Below are positions 19,687-30,081 of a stretch of 64,000 nucleotides of DNA, in pieces. Source of the stretch: Candidatus Delongbacteria bacterium. GTDB taxonomy: Bacteria; CAIWAD01. The stretch spans positions 2,944,001-3,008,000 of the forward strand of contig OY760505.1 of NCBI GenBank assembly GCA_963663545.1. The letters run 5' to 3'. How positions within the stretch are numbered: the first letter of the stretch is position 1; every line of letters begins with the position of its first letter. The translations under genes and the position numbers were made by a program. A model generated the notes under the pieces. The model had not been told where the DNA came from. It was given only the letters and a program-made list of their open reading frames with translations, and did no database searches.

Positions 19687-20102
19687 AGAGCTATCGCAAG
19701 GAACTCTGGTTCAACACGCGCAGCCGCCGCGAATTCATCAATATCACGCCCGATGTCCTGGCTTGCCTGCGCGAGAGCGGAGTGCAGGAGGGCCTGGTAC
19801 TGGTGAATGCCATGCACATCACAGCATCGGTTTTCATCAATGACGACGAGTCCGGCTTGCATCAGGATTACGAAGACTGGCTCGAATCGCTCGCACCTCA
19901 CGCTCCCATCAGCCACTACCGGCACAATCGCACCGGTGAGGATAACGGAGACGCTCATTTAAAGCGACAGGTGATGGGGCGCGAAGTCGTAGTGGCCGTG
20001 ACACAAGGGAAGCTTGATTTCGGTCCCTGGGAGCAGATCTTCTACGGCGAGTTTGACGGCGGCCGGCGCAAACGTGTACTGGTGAAAATCATTGGTGAGT
20101 GA
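19683..20102 (+). CDS. yjbQ: YjbQ (UPF0047) family protein
   Basis: HITAS..IND, N.DAHLK and GPWEQIF..EFDG motifs. Confidence 0.9.
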   Translation: MKSYRKELWFNTRSRREFINITPDVLACLRESGVQEGLVLVNAMHITASVFINDDESGLHQDYEDWLESLAPHAPISHYRHNRTGEDNGDAHLKRQVMGREVVVAVTQGKLDFGPWEQIFYGEFDGGRRKRVLVKIIGE

Positions 20103-20104
20103 CT

Positions 20105-21397
20105 ATGAGTGAACGAGCGCTGCGCCTGCTGGCGTTGACCCACACCTATCCGCGCTTTCCCGGTGATACAAACGGACCCTTCGTTGAATTCCTGATGGAT
20201 GAGTTGGCCTCCCGAGGACACCAGGTTACAGTGCTGACCGCATGGGATAAGGAGCTGACTCTTCGCGAGGAGCAGAGCGCCGACCGCGCTCGGCTGCTGG
20301 CCTATCGCTACGCGCCTTGTGACGCGGCACATATCCTGGGCTACTCGCGCACCATCAAGGCCGATGTCAAGGTCAAGGGAGCCATGCTTGCGCTGGCACC
20401 AATGATGATCGAAACCGGCACGCGTCGCTTGATGAAGCTTGCCCGTGAATTCAAGCCCGATGTGATACAGGCACACTGGTTCCTGCCCAACGGCTACATG
20501 GCGGTACGAGTGGGCAAGGCACTCGGCATTCCAGTTGTGGCTACTCTGCACGGTAGCGATGTCTTCGTGGCGGAGAAGCGCTTTCCCTACAGCTACATGA
20601 CGCGTGTGACAAATCGCGGTATCAGTCGCTTGACGAGTTGTTCACCCGAGTTGCGGGATCGTATCTGCAAGCTGGGCTTTCCCACTGAGTACAGCCACGT
20701 GATACCCTATGCAGCTGATCCGCAGATGCTCAAACAGGGGCCTGATGAAAGTGCTGCCAGGGTTGCAAGAGAAAAGCTGGGACTGCTGGACAGCTATCCA
20801 CTGATCTTCGCCTTGGGGCGGCTGGTGTACAAAAAGGGCTTTGAGTTTCTGATTCGGGCGATGCCCCGCTTGCTGGAGGAGCAACCTACTGCACGACTAG
20901 TGATTGGTGGCGAGGGCGATCTGCACCAAGAGCTCACCACCTTGTGTCACAGCCTTGGTGTCACGGATCAGGTTCACTTTGTCGGCAAGCTGCTACGCGA
21001 TCAAATTCCGCCTCTGATGTCTGCCTGCGACCTTTTTGTGATGCCGTCCATCAAGGACCGCGTTGGCAACATCGATGGTTTACCCAATGTGATCCTGGAG
21101 GCGATGGCGATGCACAAGGCGGTCATCGCGACGAATGTAGCGGGAATCCCCTTGGCTGTGGGCGATGGACGCAATGGTCGTCTTGTTCCGCAGCAGGATC
21201 CGGCCGCTCTAGCTGAGGCGCTGATCGACGCGGCCAGCGACAAACAGCGGCTTGCAGAGTGGGGCCGTGAATCACGGCGACGCATTGAGCAGGAGTTGAA
21301 CTGGGGCGTCATCGCGGATCGTTACGAACAGGTCTTTCGTGATACAATACGGCAGTTTCATGGAGAAACGGCTGCTGAAGCCGGGAGCTGCGCATGA
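20105..21397 (+). CDS. GT4 glycosyltransferase
   Basis: HGSD, GRLVYKKG and DGLPNVILEAMA motifs. Confidence 0.85.
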   Translation: MSERALRLLALTHTYPRFPGDTNGPFVEFLMDELASRGHQVTVLTAWDKELTLREEQSADRARLLAYRYAPCDAAHILGYSRTIKADVKVKGAMLALAPMMIETGTRRLMKLAREFKPDVIQAHWFLPNGYMAVRVGKALGIPVVATLHGSDVFVAEKRFPYSYMTRVTNRGISRLTSCSPELRDRICKLGFPTEYSHVIPYAADPQMLKQGPDESAARVAREKLGLLDSYPLIFALGRLVYKKGFEFLIRAMPRLLEEQPTARLVIGGEGDLHQELTTLCHSLGVTDQVHFVGKLLRDQIPPLMSACDLFVMPSIKDRVGNIDGLPNVILEAMAMHKAVIATNVAGIPLAVGDGRNGRLVPQQDPAALAEALIDAASDKQRLAEWGRESRRRIEQELNWGVIADRYEQVFRDTIRQFHGETAAEAGSCA

Positions 21398-22557
21398 GAA
21401 TCTGCATGGTGCAGCAGCATCCCGTGGACGAAGCCCGCATTCCTGCAGCCATTCTGCGCTGGGTCATTTTGCACGACCGTTTCCGTGACGAAGGACAGGA
21501 GCTGCTGAGCATCGGGCCCAACACCCGCATGCGATTCGAAGAGCGTCGCTTTCGCGGCGTGAGACAGCTTCTGGTTCCAACTCCGGGCAGCGGTGTAAAG
21601 AGTCTCGATATGCTCTTCTTCGGGCTGCTGCTCTTTCCCGTGATGCTGAGGGCCAGGCGCGAGTTCTGTCCCGATGTGTGGTTCGTCGATGAGCTCTTCG
21701 TGTGCTTTGGCACGGCGCTACTACGCTTGTTCGGTCGCCAAGCGCCCTTGTGTTACGACGTGATGGGCATCCACTACTACCAGGTGCGCAAGAACAACAA
21801 CAGTCCACTGCGGAGGCTGCTGGCGCTGCTGTACGGGGCCATGGAGCATCTAACGCTCTGGTCCGCCGATTTCGTAACGACGGTCAACGAGGCTCACGCT
21901 GAGCTATTGCGACAGTGGACGAAGCGGCCAGTTCATGTGATACGGGACGCTGCGGAATTCACGCTGGACGAGGACTTTCTGGCTCAGGTTCCACTGCCGA
22001 CCAAGAAGCCGGGACGCCTCTTCCTCACATTTGTCGGCAAGATTTCAAACCGCAGGTTGGATGACATTTTCACCGTGCTACCTGACGTGATGCAGCGTGT
22101 GCCCCTGCTGGATTTCGTCATTGTGGGCAACGGGCCTTTCTATGATCGCTATCAGCAATTGGCCCTGGAGCTGGGAATTGGCGAGCGCGTACTCTTCACG
22201 GATTTCGTGCCCCACAGCCATTTGCCCGCCCACATCCGGCAGGCCGACTTCTGCTACAGCGATGATTGGTCGGATATTGGATTTCCCATGAAGGTCTTCG
22301 AGTACATGGCGCTGGGAGCTCCCGTGCTGGTGGAGGACACACCCGCCGTGCGCGAAGTAATGCAGGACGGTGTGAACTGTGTGCTGTATCACGGTACTCC
22401 AGGCTTGGCCGAAGCGATTGTCCGCCTGGCTTCTGACAGCGAACTTCGCCAACGGGTAGGACAGCAGGCGTTGCTGGACGCACAACAAGACCATCGCTGG
22501 GACAGCCGCATTCGGGCCTTTCTAGATCTCTTTTCTCATTACGGAACACTCGCGTGA
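21394..22557 (+). CDS. GT4 glycosyltransferase
   Basis: VGNGP and PMKVFEYMALG.PV motifs; ATGA overlap. Confidence 0.8.
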   Translation: MRICMVQQHPVDEARIPAAILRWVILHDRFRDEGQELLSIGPNTRMRFEERRFRGVRQLLVPTPGSGVKSLDMLFFGLLLFPVMLRARREFCPDVWFVDELFVCFGTALLRLFGRQAPLCYDVMGIHYYQVRKNNNSPLRRLLALLYGAMEHLTLWSADFVTTVNEAHAELLRQWTKRPVHVIRDAAEFTLDEDFLAQVPLPTKKPGRLFLTFVGKISNRRLDDIFTVLPDVMQRVPLLDFVIVGNGPFYDRYQQLALELGIGERVLFTDFVPHSHLPAHIRQADFCYSDDWSDIGFPMKVFEYMALGAPVLVEDTPAVREVMQDGVNCVLYHGTPGLAEAIVRLASDSELRQRVGQQALLDAQQDHRWDSRIRAFLDLFSHYGTLA

Positions 22558-23789
22558 TACGAATTCTGCTTCTTGCTCTGCTTCTGCTACTCTCTGCCTG
22601 TCGCAACGCCGACCAGAATGCAAGCGTCGATGATCTTGATTTGGAGGTCGATGTCCAACTCGCCGAGAATCCGGCAAACGCTGTGCTTGAGCCGGGGATG
22701 GAATTGTTGGACAGTGATGAGGTGCGGCGCGGCGATCATCTACCGCGCATGCTGGCTCGCTTAGGCGTTGTCGACAGCCTGCAACCAAACCTGGAGAGAC
22801 GCTTCGCCCAGCTTCACGATGTGCGCCGATTGGTGATCGGACATCGCTTCGAGTTGCGCCGTGATACAAGTGGTGTTGAGCACTTCTGTTACTACCTGGA
22901 TCCGGTCAGGCGCGTGCGCATTCCGCTTGTCACTGGGGCCGGGGCCATTGATAGCCTGTGTGCCGACACGCTTGTGGTAGAACTGGCCGGTACAATTGAT
23001 GAGAGCCTCTACCTCAGCATGATGGATGCCGGTGCTTCCCCTGCGCTGGTGGCTGCTTTCAACGACATTCTACAATGGGATATCGATTTCGGTCTTGATG
23101 TGCGTAGCGGTGATACATACTGGTTGCGCTGCGAGCGTCTTTGTTATCGTGGACGCTGGCTGCAGGACAGTCTGGTGCGCGAGGGGCGCATCTGGGCTGC
23201 CGAGTATCAGGGCCAGCGCGGTACAGTGCGCGCGGCCTGGTCTCCCGACACCAATCCACCGGGCTACTATGACGCTGCGGGTCAGAGCTTTCAGAAACAG
23301 TTTCTACGATCGCCGCTGAACTACAGACGCGTAAGCTCCAGTTTCGGCATGCGCACCCATCCCATCTCGAAGCAGCGCAAAATGCACACGGGCGTTGATC
23401 TGGCTGCCCCCAAGGGAACTCCGGTCGTGAGCGCGGCCGATGGAGTAGTGGAGCTCTGCGGCTGGCAGCGGGGCACCGGCAAGACCATTCGAATCAAGCA
23501 CGGCAGCCGATATCTCACCGTTTATGGCCACCTGGATGGATACGCTCGCGGTATGAAGAAGGGGACGCGTGTATCACAGAATCAGGTCATCGGCTATGTG
23601 GGTACCACCGGCAACGTTACAGGCCCGCACCTGCATTACGAGTTCCATGAACACGGTCGCCTTGTGGACCCGATGAAGATTCGCAACAACCCCGTACATC
23701 CCGTACCCGCAGAGCAGTTGCCTGCGTTTCAGCAGGCCTTCCAAGAGCTATTTCAAGCGCACTGGCTAAGCCAGATGGATGAGAGTTGA
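22554..23789 (+). CDS. M23 (MepM-like) peptidoglycan endopeptidase, lipoprotein
   Basis: lipobox LLSAC; HTGVDLAAP.GTPV, YGHL and TGPHLHYE motifs. Confidence 0.9.
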   Translation: MIRILLLALLLLLSACRNADQNASVDDLDLEVDVQLAENPANAVLEPGMELLDSDEVRRGDHLPRMLARLGVVDSLQPNLERRFAQLHDVRRLVIGHRFELRRDTSGVEHFCYYLDPVRRVRIPLVTGAGAIDSLCADTLVVELAGTIDESLYLSMMDAGASPALVAAFNDILQWDIDFGLDVRSGDTYWLRCERLCYRGRWLQDSLVREGRIWAAEYQGQRGTVRAAWSPDTNPPGYYDAAGQSFQKQFLRSPLNYRRVSSSFGMRTHPISKQRKMHTGVDLAAPKGTPVVSAADGVVELCGWQRGTGKTIRIKHGSRYLTVYGHLDGYARGMKKGTRVSQNQVIGYVGTTGNVTGPHLHYEFHEHGRLVDPMKIRNNPVHPVPAEQLPAFQQAFQELFQAHWLSQMDES

Positions 23790-23838
23790 TGGAATGCGTC
23801 TGTGATACATCACCCCGCTTCGCGAGCGGAGACTGCCG

Positions 23839-25065
23839 ATGAGTGCCTGGAAGCGCACGCTCTATGTCGTGTGGTTCACACAGCTGCTTTCACTGATGGG
23901 CTTTGGATTCGGCCTGCCTTTCCTGCCGTATTACATCCAGGAAATGGGCATGAGCGATCCGCAACAGCTGAAGGTCTGGACGGGATTGCTCTCCGCCGCA
24001 CCCGCCATTCCAATGGGGCTGATGGCGCCCATCTGGGGCATGCTCGCAGACCGATACGGACGCAAGCTGATGCTGATGCGTGCCATGGGAGCCGCTGTTC
24101 TGGTTCTTTTCGGCATGGGACTGGCGCAAACGCCCATGCAGCTGCTGGTGATGCGTTTCTGTCAGGGGCTGTTTACCGGCACCATCTCTTCGGCCAATGC
24201 ACTGGTGGCCAGCCAGACTCCCGATCGTCGTATGTCGATGGCGCTGGGGCTGCTGTCCTCGTCTACTTTCATTGGGTTTTCGCTCGGACCCGCCGCCGGA
24301 GGGTTGCTGGCACACGCCGTCGGGTATCGCGCCAGTTTCATGATGGGTTCGGCGCTAATGCTCCTGGGGTTGCTGTTGCTGATCACGCTGGTACGCGAAG
24401 CAAAGCCCGATCCCCAAGCGGCGGGATCCTGGCGTAGCATGTCCTTGGGTTCGTTTAAGCAGGTGTTGAATCCGCTGGTGCTGCTACTGCTCGTCGTGCT
24501 TTTCTGTCTGCGCATTTCACGCTCGGCGGTGGCTCCGTACCTGCCATTGTACGTGCAGGAACTGCGTGGAATCGAAGGTAGCGCAGCCGTTGTGGGCATG
24601 ATCACCGGCCTGGGCGCGCTGGCTTCGGCGACTTCCGGCCTTGTGCTGGGGCGGCTGGGCGACAAGCGCGATCGCCTCAGGCTGCTGCGACTGTGTCTGC
24701 TCTTCGGGGCGTTGATCAGTTTGCCGCTGCTTTTCATTCAAGGGCTGGGCGGGTTCTCGATCTTCTACCTAAGCGCCCTGCTGCTGATTGGCGGCGTCGA
24801 ACCCGTGATTTCGTCGCTGACCACGCGTCACACGCCTGCGGCAGTTCGTGGCACACTCTTCGGCTTGCAGGGAATGGTCAGCAGCGCTGGCTGGGTTGTA
24901 TCACCGGCCATTGGCAGCGTGGTGGCCATTCAGCTGTCGACGCGCTATGTCTTCGCCCTTTTGCCCATCATGCTGATCCTTGCGCTCATTCCCGCCTGGA
25001 GGGCAACGAAAAGGGGCCGCGCGCTGGCGACCCAAAAGGAAGTATTGCAGGGGAGTTCTTCTTAG
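23839..25065 (+). CDS. MFS transporter (MdtG/DHA1-like)
   Basis: WKRTL, PFLP and G.LADRYGRK motif A; about 12 TMs. Confidence 0.85.
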   Translation: MSAWKRTLYVVWFTQLLSLMGFGFGLPFLPYYIQEMGMSDPQQLKVWTGLLSAAPAIPMGLMAPIWGMLADRYGRKLMLMRAMGAAVLVLFGMGLAQTPMQLLVMRFCQGLFTGTISSANALVASQTPDRRMSMALGLLSSSTFIGFSLGPAAGGLLAHAVGYRASFMMGSALMLLGLLLLITLVREAKPDPQAAGSWRSMSLGSFKQVLNPLVLLLLVVLFCLRISRSAVAPYLPLYVQELRGIEGSAAVVGMITGLGALASATSGLVLGRLGDKRDRLRLLRLCLLFGALISLPLLFIQGLGGFSIFYLSALLLIGGVEPVISSLTTRHTPAAVRGTLFGLQGMVSSAGWVVSPAIGSVVAIQLSTRYVFALLPIMLILALIPAWRATKRGRALATQKEVLQGSSS

Positions 25066-27224
25066 TAACTAAACTTCTGCAGGCGTCTGCGCAAATCTTC
25101 CAGAATTCGCTCGATACTTTTCACGCCTGTCTGAACCTGATCGGCGCTGCCGCTGGTTTCCCGGGTTAGCACATCCATTTTCTGGCTGGCACCGGCGATG
25201 CTGTTGCCGGTTTGATTGGCCTGCTCAGCGTTCATGCCGATCTCGCCCGTCGCCACGCGCTGCTCTTCAACGGCGGAAGCGATGGACTGCAGGTTCTCGT
25301 TGATCTGGCGTATCACACCGCCCACATTACTGAAGACTTCGACGGCAGCGGAAGTCTGTTCCTGAATCTCGGTGACCTTGTCGGTGATGTCGCTGGTGGC
25401 TTCCGCCGTCCGCTGCGCTAGGCCTTTCACTTCTTCGGCCACCACACTGAAGCCCTTGCCCGCTTCGCCAGCGCGTGCTGCTTCAATGGTGGCGTTCAGT
25501 GCCAGCAGGTTGGTCTGGCCAGCGATCTCATTAATCAGCTCCACGACCTCGGTGATCTTGTTGCTGCCTTCCTGCAGCAAGTTGAATGTGCCCTGCGCCT
25601 GCTCCGTCAGCTCATTGGCTTGTTCCGCAACACTGGCGGCGCCCGAGGAAACGCGGGCAATTTCACCGATGGAAACAGTCAGCTCCTCGGTGGCGGAGGC
25701 AAGTCCGCTGACGGCTTCACGCAAGTAGCGCGCCTGGGAATCAAGATCTCCGGCCTGTTCGGCACCGCTGCTCGCCTTGCTCTGCAGACTCTCACTGATG
25801 ATGCACATTTCCTGAGTGGCCGTCACAACTTGTTCTGCACTGGTTTCGGTGGCCTGCACCAGCTCGAACAGGCTTTTCTGCGCCGTATCCAGACCGGTGA
25901 AGAGCTGGCCGATCAGTTCGCCTTCGTAGCTGGGCAGCGGCTGATTCAGATGCCCGGCGGCCAAGCCATCGATGTAGCCCAGGAACTCGTTCACCCTACA
26001 TTCAAGATGCTCGTGCTGTTTGCGCATACTCTGCAATGCATCAAACACTTTGTCCATCAGGACCTGGAAGGAGCCACCCAGACGGCCCACTTCATCGTCG
26101 CGGTTAAGGATGCTGGAGGGCAGGTGCTGGCGATGCTCGTGATCCTCCAGGTGCGCGGCTACATTGGCGGCTTCTTCTGTGAGAATGCGAATTGGCTGTG
26201 TCACACGCGTCGCTCGCCAGGCGGTGACAAGGCTCACGGCAATCATCATGGCCAGAATCAACCCGATGGACGACTTCTGCGTTTTAGCCAACAAGGCCTG
26301 TTGCGGCGATGTATCACGGGCCAAAGCGACAACACCAATTGTGGAGCCAGCGTAATCGCGAATGGGGAAGACGCGTATGGCGTAGTTGTCCGCGTGGTAA
26401 ATGGTCGTTAGTGAACTGTGACCGGCTTCGAGCATCTCCGGTTGAACCACCGCGCTAATGGTACTGGCATCGCTAGTGCTGACTAGCACGAAATTGCCCA
26501 AGTGCGGGTTCTTCTTCTTGTCCTGCAGCGAGGTGGCCACGTCCAGGAGGCTGCTGTTCATGAACACGCCGTACTCGCTCCACTCATCCTGCTTCAGCTG
26601 GTTACTTACCATGTCGAAGCTGTAGAGCATTTCCAGCGAGCCCAAATGGCGTCCATCATCGGCTGTAATAGGAACAAGACCGCGAATGGCGAATCCACCG
26701 CGCCCCACTTCGATACCACGCAGCGGTTTGTGATCGCCCTGGTTGATTGTTTTCACCGTGGCGCGGAAGCTGCTGATATCATCGGACTCATCGCGCCCGC
26801 TCAGCGACTGGGTTTTGCGCCAACAGCGCAGGAAGCTGCGCGCATTGGGCAGGTGGTAGTGCAACTGGTAGGCCTCATCCTGAACGCTGCCCACACCGGC
26901 CATAAACCCCTGCATGTACTGGCGCAATTCCAAGCGCGCGCGGTGCACATCCAGGTCGGCGGGATCGTCGATGTTTCCTTGCAGCGCCTCGGCGTATGCC
27001 TTCTGCACCACTTCAAGGTGCGAGAACAGAGCCGCATGCCGCAGAGCCTCGATCGAGATCTGTTCGATGGAGGCGTAGGTGTTAGCCATGTCCTCTCTAA
27101 ACTGCCCATCCAATTGATTCTCTACCAGAGCGTTCATGCTGTGGCTCACCGTCAGTACCAGAAAGACGCCAAAGGCTAGCAGGGACAGAAGGATGGGGAG
27201 GATGATTTTTGCCCGAATCGACAT
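25062..27224 (-). CDS. methyl-accepting chemotaxis protein with Cache-type sensor
   Basis: TM-sensor-TM-HAMP layout; IAGQTNLLALNATIEAARAGEAGKGFSVVAEEVK; GGAG RBS. Confidence 0.92.
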   Translation of the reverse strand: MSIRAKIILPILLSLLAFGVFLVLTVSHSMNALVENQLDGQFREDMANTYASIEQISIEALRHAALFSHLEVVQKAYAEALQGNIDDPADLDVHRARLELRQYMQGFMAGVGSVQDEAYQLHYHLPNARSFLRCWRKTQSLSGRDESDDISSFRATVKTINQGDHKPLRGIEVGRGGFAIRGLVPITADDGRHLGSLEMLYSFDMVSNQLKQDEWSEYGVFMNSSLLDVATSLQDKKKNPHLGNFVLVSTSDASTISAVVQPEMLEAGHSSLTTIYHADNYAIRVFPIRDYAGSTIGVVALARDTSPQQALLAKTQKSSIGLILAMMIAVSLVTAWRATRVTQPIRILTEEAANVAAHLEDHEHRQHLPSSILNRDDEVGRLGGSFQVLMDKVFDALQSMRKQHEHLECRVNEFLGYIDGLAAGHLNQPLPSYEGELIGQLFTGLDTAQKSLFELVQATETSAEQVVTATQEMCIISESLQSKASSGAEQAGDLDSQARYLREAVSGLASATEELTVSIGEIARVSSGAASVAEQANELTEQAQGTFNLLQEGSNKITEVVELINEIAGQTNLLALNATIEAARAGEAGKGFSVVAEEVKGLAQRTAEATSDITDKVTEIQEQTSAAVEVFSNVGGVIRQINENLQSIASAVEEQRVATGEIGMNAEQANQTGNSIAGASQKMDVLTRETSGSADQVQTGVKSIERILEDLRRRLQKFSY

Positions 27225-27335
27225 GTGGGACTCCACAATTGAGGGGTACGGGCAGCAGTGCGGGAAACAGTGCAGTTTCGATACCAGGGGTATCGGTTAT
27301 TGCACAGTGTGAATTTACCGCGAATAATTCCTGAT

Positions 27336-30011
27336 TCAGCGGATGTGGAAGCGCAGGCCAACTCCTTCGGCAAAGTCGTAGCCAAGATCCACCAGCAGGC
27401 TGTCCTGCAGGCTTAGCAGCTTTAGGCGGCCATTGTGTCCCATCTCGTCTGGGGCATATCCGCGCAGCCACCAGTGCAGAATCATGCCGTCCTCGGCGCT
27501 GTCACGGCAGTGGAATTCGTAGGCGCCCGGTGCGAGCTGCAGCGTGTCACGCGTGGTTGCGCCGTCCTCAAAGGAATCGCGTGCGGCTACACGATCTCCG
27601 GCTTCGTTCAGGATGTACCAGCTGTTCTCGGCAGCGCGGCCCTGGTCGGGCGAGAGCGTCTCTACCACAAACTCGCCTGGCAGGAATTGCAGGGGTCGCG
27701 GATGGGAATAGAGGCAGTCGTTCCAGGGTGCGGCGTCCTTTCTGCCGTTGACACCCTCAATGCGTGCGAAGAAGAGCTGCTCGTCCGCGCCGCCAAGCCA
27801 GTCAAGGGCGGGCAGCTGCAGCTGCAGCGTGTCACCTTCGGCCAGTTCGCCACGCCAGGCGTATTCCTCTTGCGGGCCGTTATTCAATCCGTAGCGAATG
27901 CGCAGCAGGGTTACGACTTCACAGCCGCGATTGGCCACACGAATGATGGCCTCGCGTGATACAGGGTTGTAGCGGCGGAATTCGTCGGCATCGCTGGGGG
28001 CGATGATCTCGTCCAGGGCGGCATCCAGCGAGCGTTGGCAGGGGCCGTACTGCAGGAACTGGTGCTCGATGATGTAGCGTCCATCCTCTTCACCGCCCGT
28101 GTCGGCGTAGTCCTCAATGAAGTAGTCGACGGCCACCAGAGTGTCGCGTAGTGCACTCGCGGGCAGCTGGTTATCGCGTGTGTCGACGAAACTGCCTGGA
28201 CACCAGCCAGCGCGATCGAACTGCCAGGTGCCACCCTGCGGCTGAATGGGATTGTCGCCGCAGTTGCGCCAGATAGTCCAGGCTTCCCAGGGACGTCCGT
28301 TCAACAGCAGGCCATGTTCCTTGGGTGCCCATTCGCAGCAGTTGTCAGGGCCGTAGTGTCCGTGACCCGAAATGCGCGAACGTATCACGGCGCGCTCCGT
28401 CTGCGGGAGCAGAGACAGCAGCACAGTAGGTAGTTCCAGGTTATCGGCCAGATCGCGATAGATGTATTCGCCGCCGGGCCAGATGTTGTCACACGCCAGC
28501 AGTTCCCGCGCAGGCTTGCCCTTGATGAAGCAGAAGCGCAGATCCAGTAACTCGTAGCCGTTGTGGGCTTCAAGATCTACGCTGCCCTGCAGCAGGCCCA
28601 TGTAGGCACTGACATCGCGAATCATGGTGTAGCCGTCGTCACCAAGGTCCAACCCACCTCCATATGGAGTGATGTAGCGTGCCAGTTCCACGGGCTCGAT
28701 AACAGCGTGAGGCGCATCATACCAAGCGCGTGTTACATTGTGCAGTGTGTCCGAGACGGGTAGCTCAAACTCGCGCAGCAGTTGTCCCTTTCCACTGAAA
28801 AGGGCACTCTGCGGCAGCCACGCGAGTCGTGATCGTGTCACACGATCCGGATGATCTTCGTCCTCGAAAAAGCGGATCTCGCGGGGAGCGCGCAGCAGGC
28901 TATCTACGCGAAGCTCCGCCCGCGGACCGGGTTTCAGGTCGGTGCGGCCTTCGACCCCGAAAGGACGCAATTGTGGTTGACCGGCGATTTCTGCATCCCA
29001 GCCGTGGCCGCTATCATCGTGAAGTCGGTTCTCTATCACACTGTCGCAGCTGTAATACGCGCATAGATAGGGTTGCAAGGCTGCTGTATCACCGCGAAAC
29101 CAGTTCATGGCCTGGGCGCTGTCGAGGGCCGCATCAAAAACAGCGATTTCGTCCAGCGAACCAGCATACCAACCGCCGTTGGCGTTGCAGTTTGCGCCAA
29201 GAATGAAGCGGGTAATGTCCTGGATGCTGCGGTTCATATCCGCAGCTTTATGCCATAACTCACCGTTGATGTAAATGCGCATTTCTGCACTACGGCAGTC
29301 CTTGACAAAGGTCCACTGATTCCACCGCCCTTTCCACAATTCGGCGGGAGCTTCCCTTTGCAGTCGGTTGTTGTTGCCCTGCTTGCGTCCACCTGCTTCC
29401 CAGTAGACCTCACCCGTTCCCCAGGGCAGGTGCACGCTGAGCACGCGGTCCCCTTCTGCACAGGCTTCAAACAGGTGATCATTTTGCGGCTGGGCCGGGC
29501 TTCCCATTAGCCAGCAGCTGATGCTGAGAGCTGAGTCGGCACTGGCCAGAACGCCCGCAGGGATCTCCACGTAATCCTGGTCGGAGAAACGCAGGTAGTG
29601 ATCGCCTGGTGCTGCGGGTGCTGGATTATGCCAGTACTCGTAGTACTCATAGACCGGTGTATCACAAATGGGAAGTTCGGCAGGACTGCGGCCATCAATC
29701 TTGAAAAGCGACTGCTCATGACGCACACTGTCCAGCTGGCCGGTGTCACGCCAGACGCGGGTGTACGTGGTCACATCCCATTCGCCGCATGGATACTTGT
29801 CGCCGGGAGTACGATCATCGCACTTGATGGTGTAATACATCAACACGCGATCCCATTCCCCATCCGCGGGAAAATTAAACTTGGCCCGGCGGCATTCAAT
29901 GGAATCGAAGGTGAAGGTCTGTACCCACAAACTATCACCCGGGCGTGATACCGCACATGTGGTGATACACAGCTGAAGTATCATGATGATGAAGGGTAAT
30001 ACAGTGCGCAC
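27336..30011 (-). CDS. secreted peptide-N-glycosidase F-like protein with inserted LamG domain
   Basis: CGEWD, ELARYITPYG, ISGHG and W...RAGWCPG motifs; LamG YING...GSLDEIAVFD.AL; GGAGG before GTG30011. Confidence 0.75.
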   Translation of the reverse strand: MRTVLPFIIMILQLCITTCAVSRPGDSLWVQTFTFDSIECRRAKFNFPADGEWDRVLMYYTIKCDDRTPGDKYPCGEWDVTTYTRVWRDTGQLDSVRHEQSLFKIDGRSPAELPICDTPVYEYYEYWHNPAPAAPGDHYLRFSDQDYVEIPAGVLASADSALSISCWLMGSPAQPQNDHLFEACAEGDRVLSVHLPWGTGEVYWEAGGRKQGNNNRLQREAPAELWKGRWNQWTFVKDCRSAEMRIYINGELWHKAADMNRSIQDITRFILGANCNANGGWYAGSLDEIAVFDAALDSAQAMNWFRGDTAALQPYLCAYYSCDSVIENRLHDDSGHGWDAEIAGQPQLRPFGVEGRTDLKPGPRAELRVDSLLRAPREIRFFEDEDHPDRVTRSRLAWLPQSALFSGKGQLLREFELPVSDTLHNVTRAWYDAPHAVIEPVELARYITPYGGGLDLGDDGYTMIRDVSAYMGLLQGSVDLEAHNGYELLDLRFCFIKGKPARELLACDNIWPGGEYIYRDLADNLELPTVLLSLLPQTERAVIRSRISGHGHYGPDNCCEWAPKEHGLLLNGRPWEAWTIWRNCGDNPIQPQGGTWQFDRAGWCPGSFVDTRDNQLPASALRDTLVAVDYFIEDYADTGGEEDGRYIIEHQFLQYGPCQRSLDAALDEIIAPSDADEFRRYNPVSREAIIRVANRGCEVVTLLRIRYGLNNGPQEEYAWRGELAEGDTLQLQLPALDWLGGADEQLFFARIEGVNGRKDAAPWNDCLYSHPRPLQFLPGEFVVETLSPDQGRAAENSWYILNEAGDRVAARDSFEDGATTRDTLQLAPGAYEFHCRDSAEDGMILHWWLRGYAPDEMGHNGRLKLLSLQDSLLVDLGYDFAEGVGLRFHIR

Positions 30012-30081
30012 GCGGGACCTCCGGGGCTTGATGTGAGATACTCCAAAGTACAACAAACGCAGACAGAGGATGCGCAAGCGC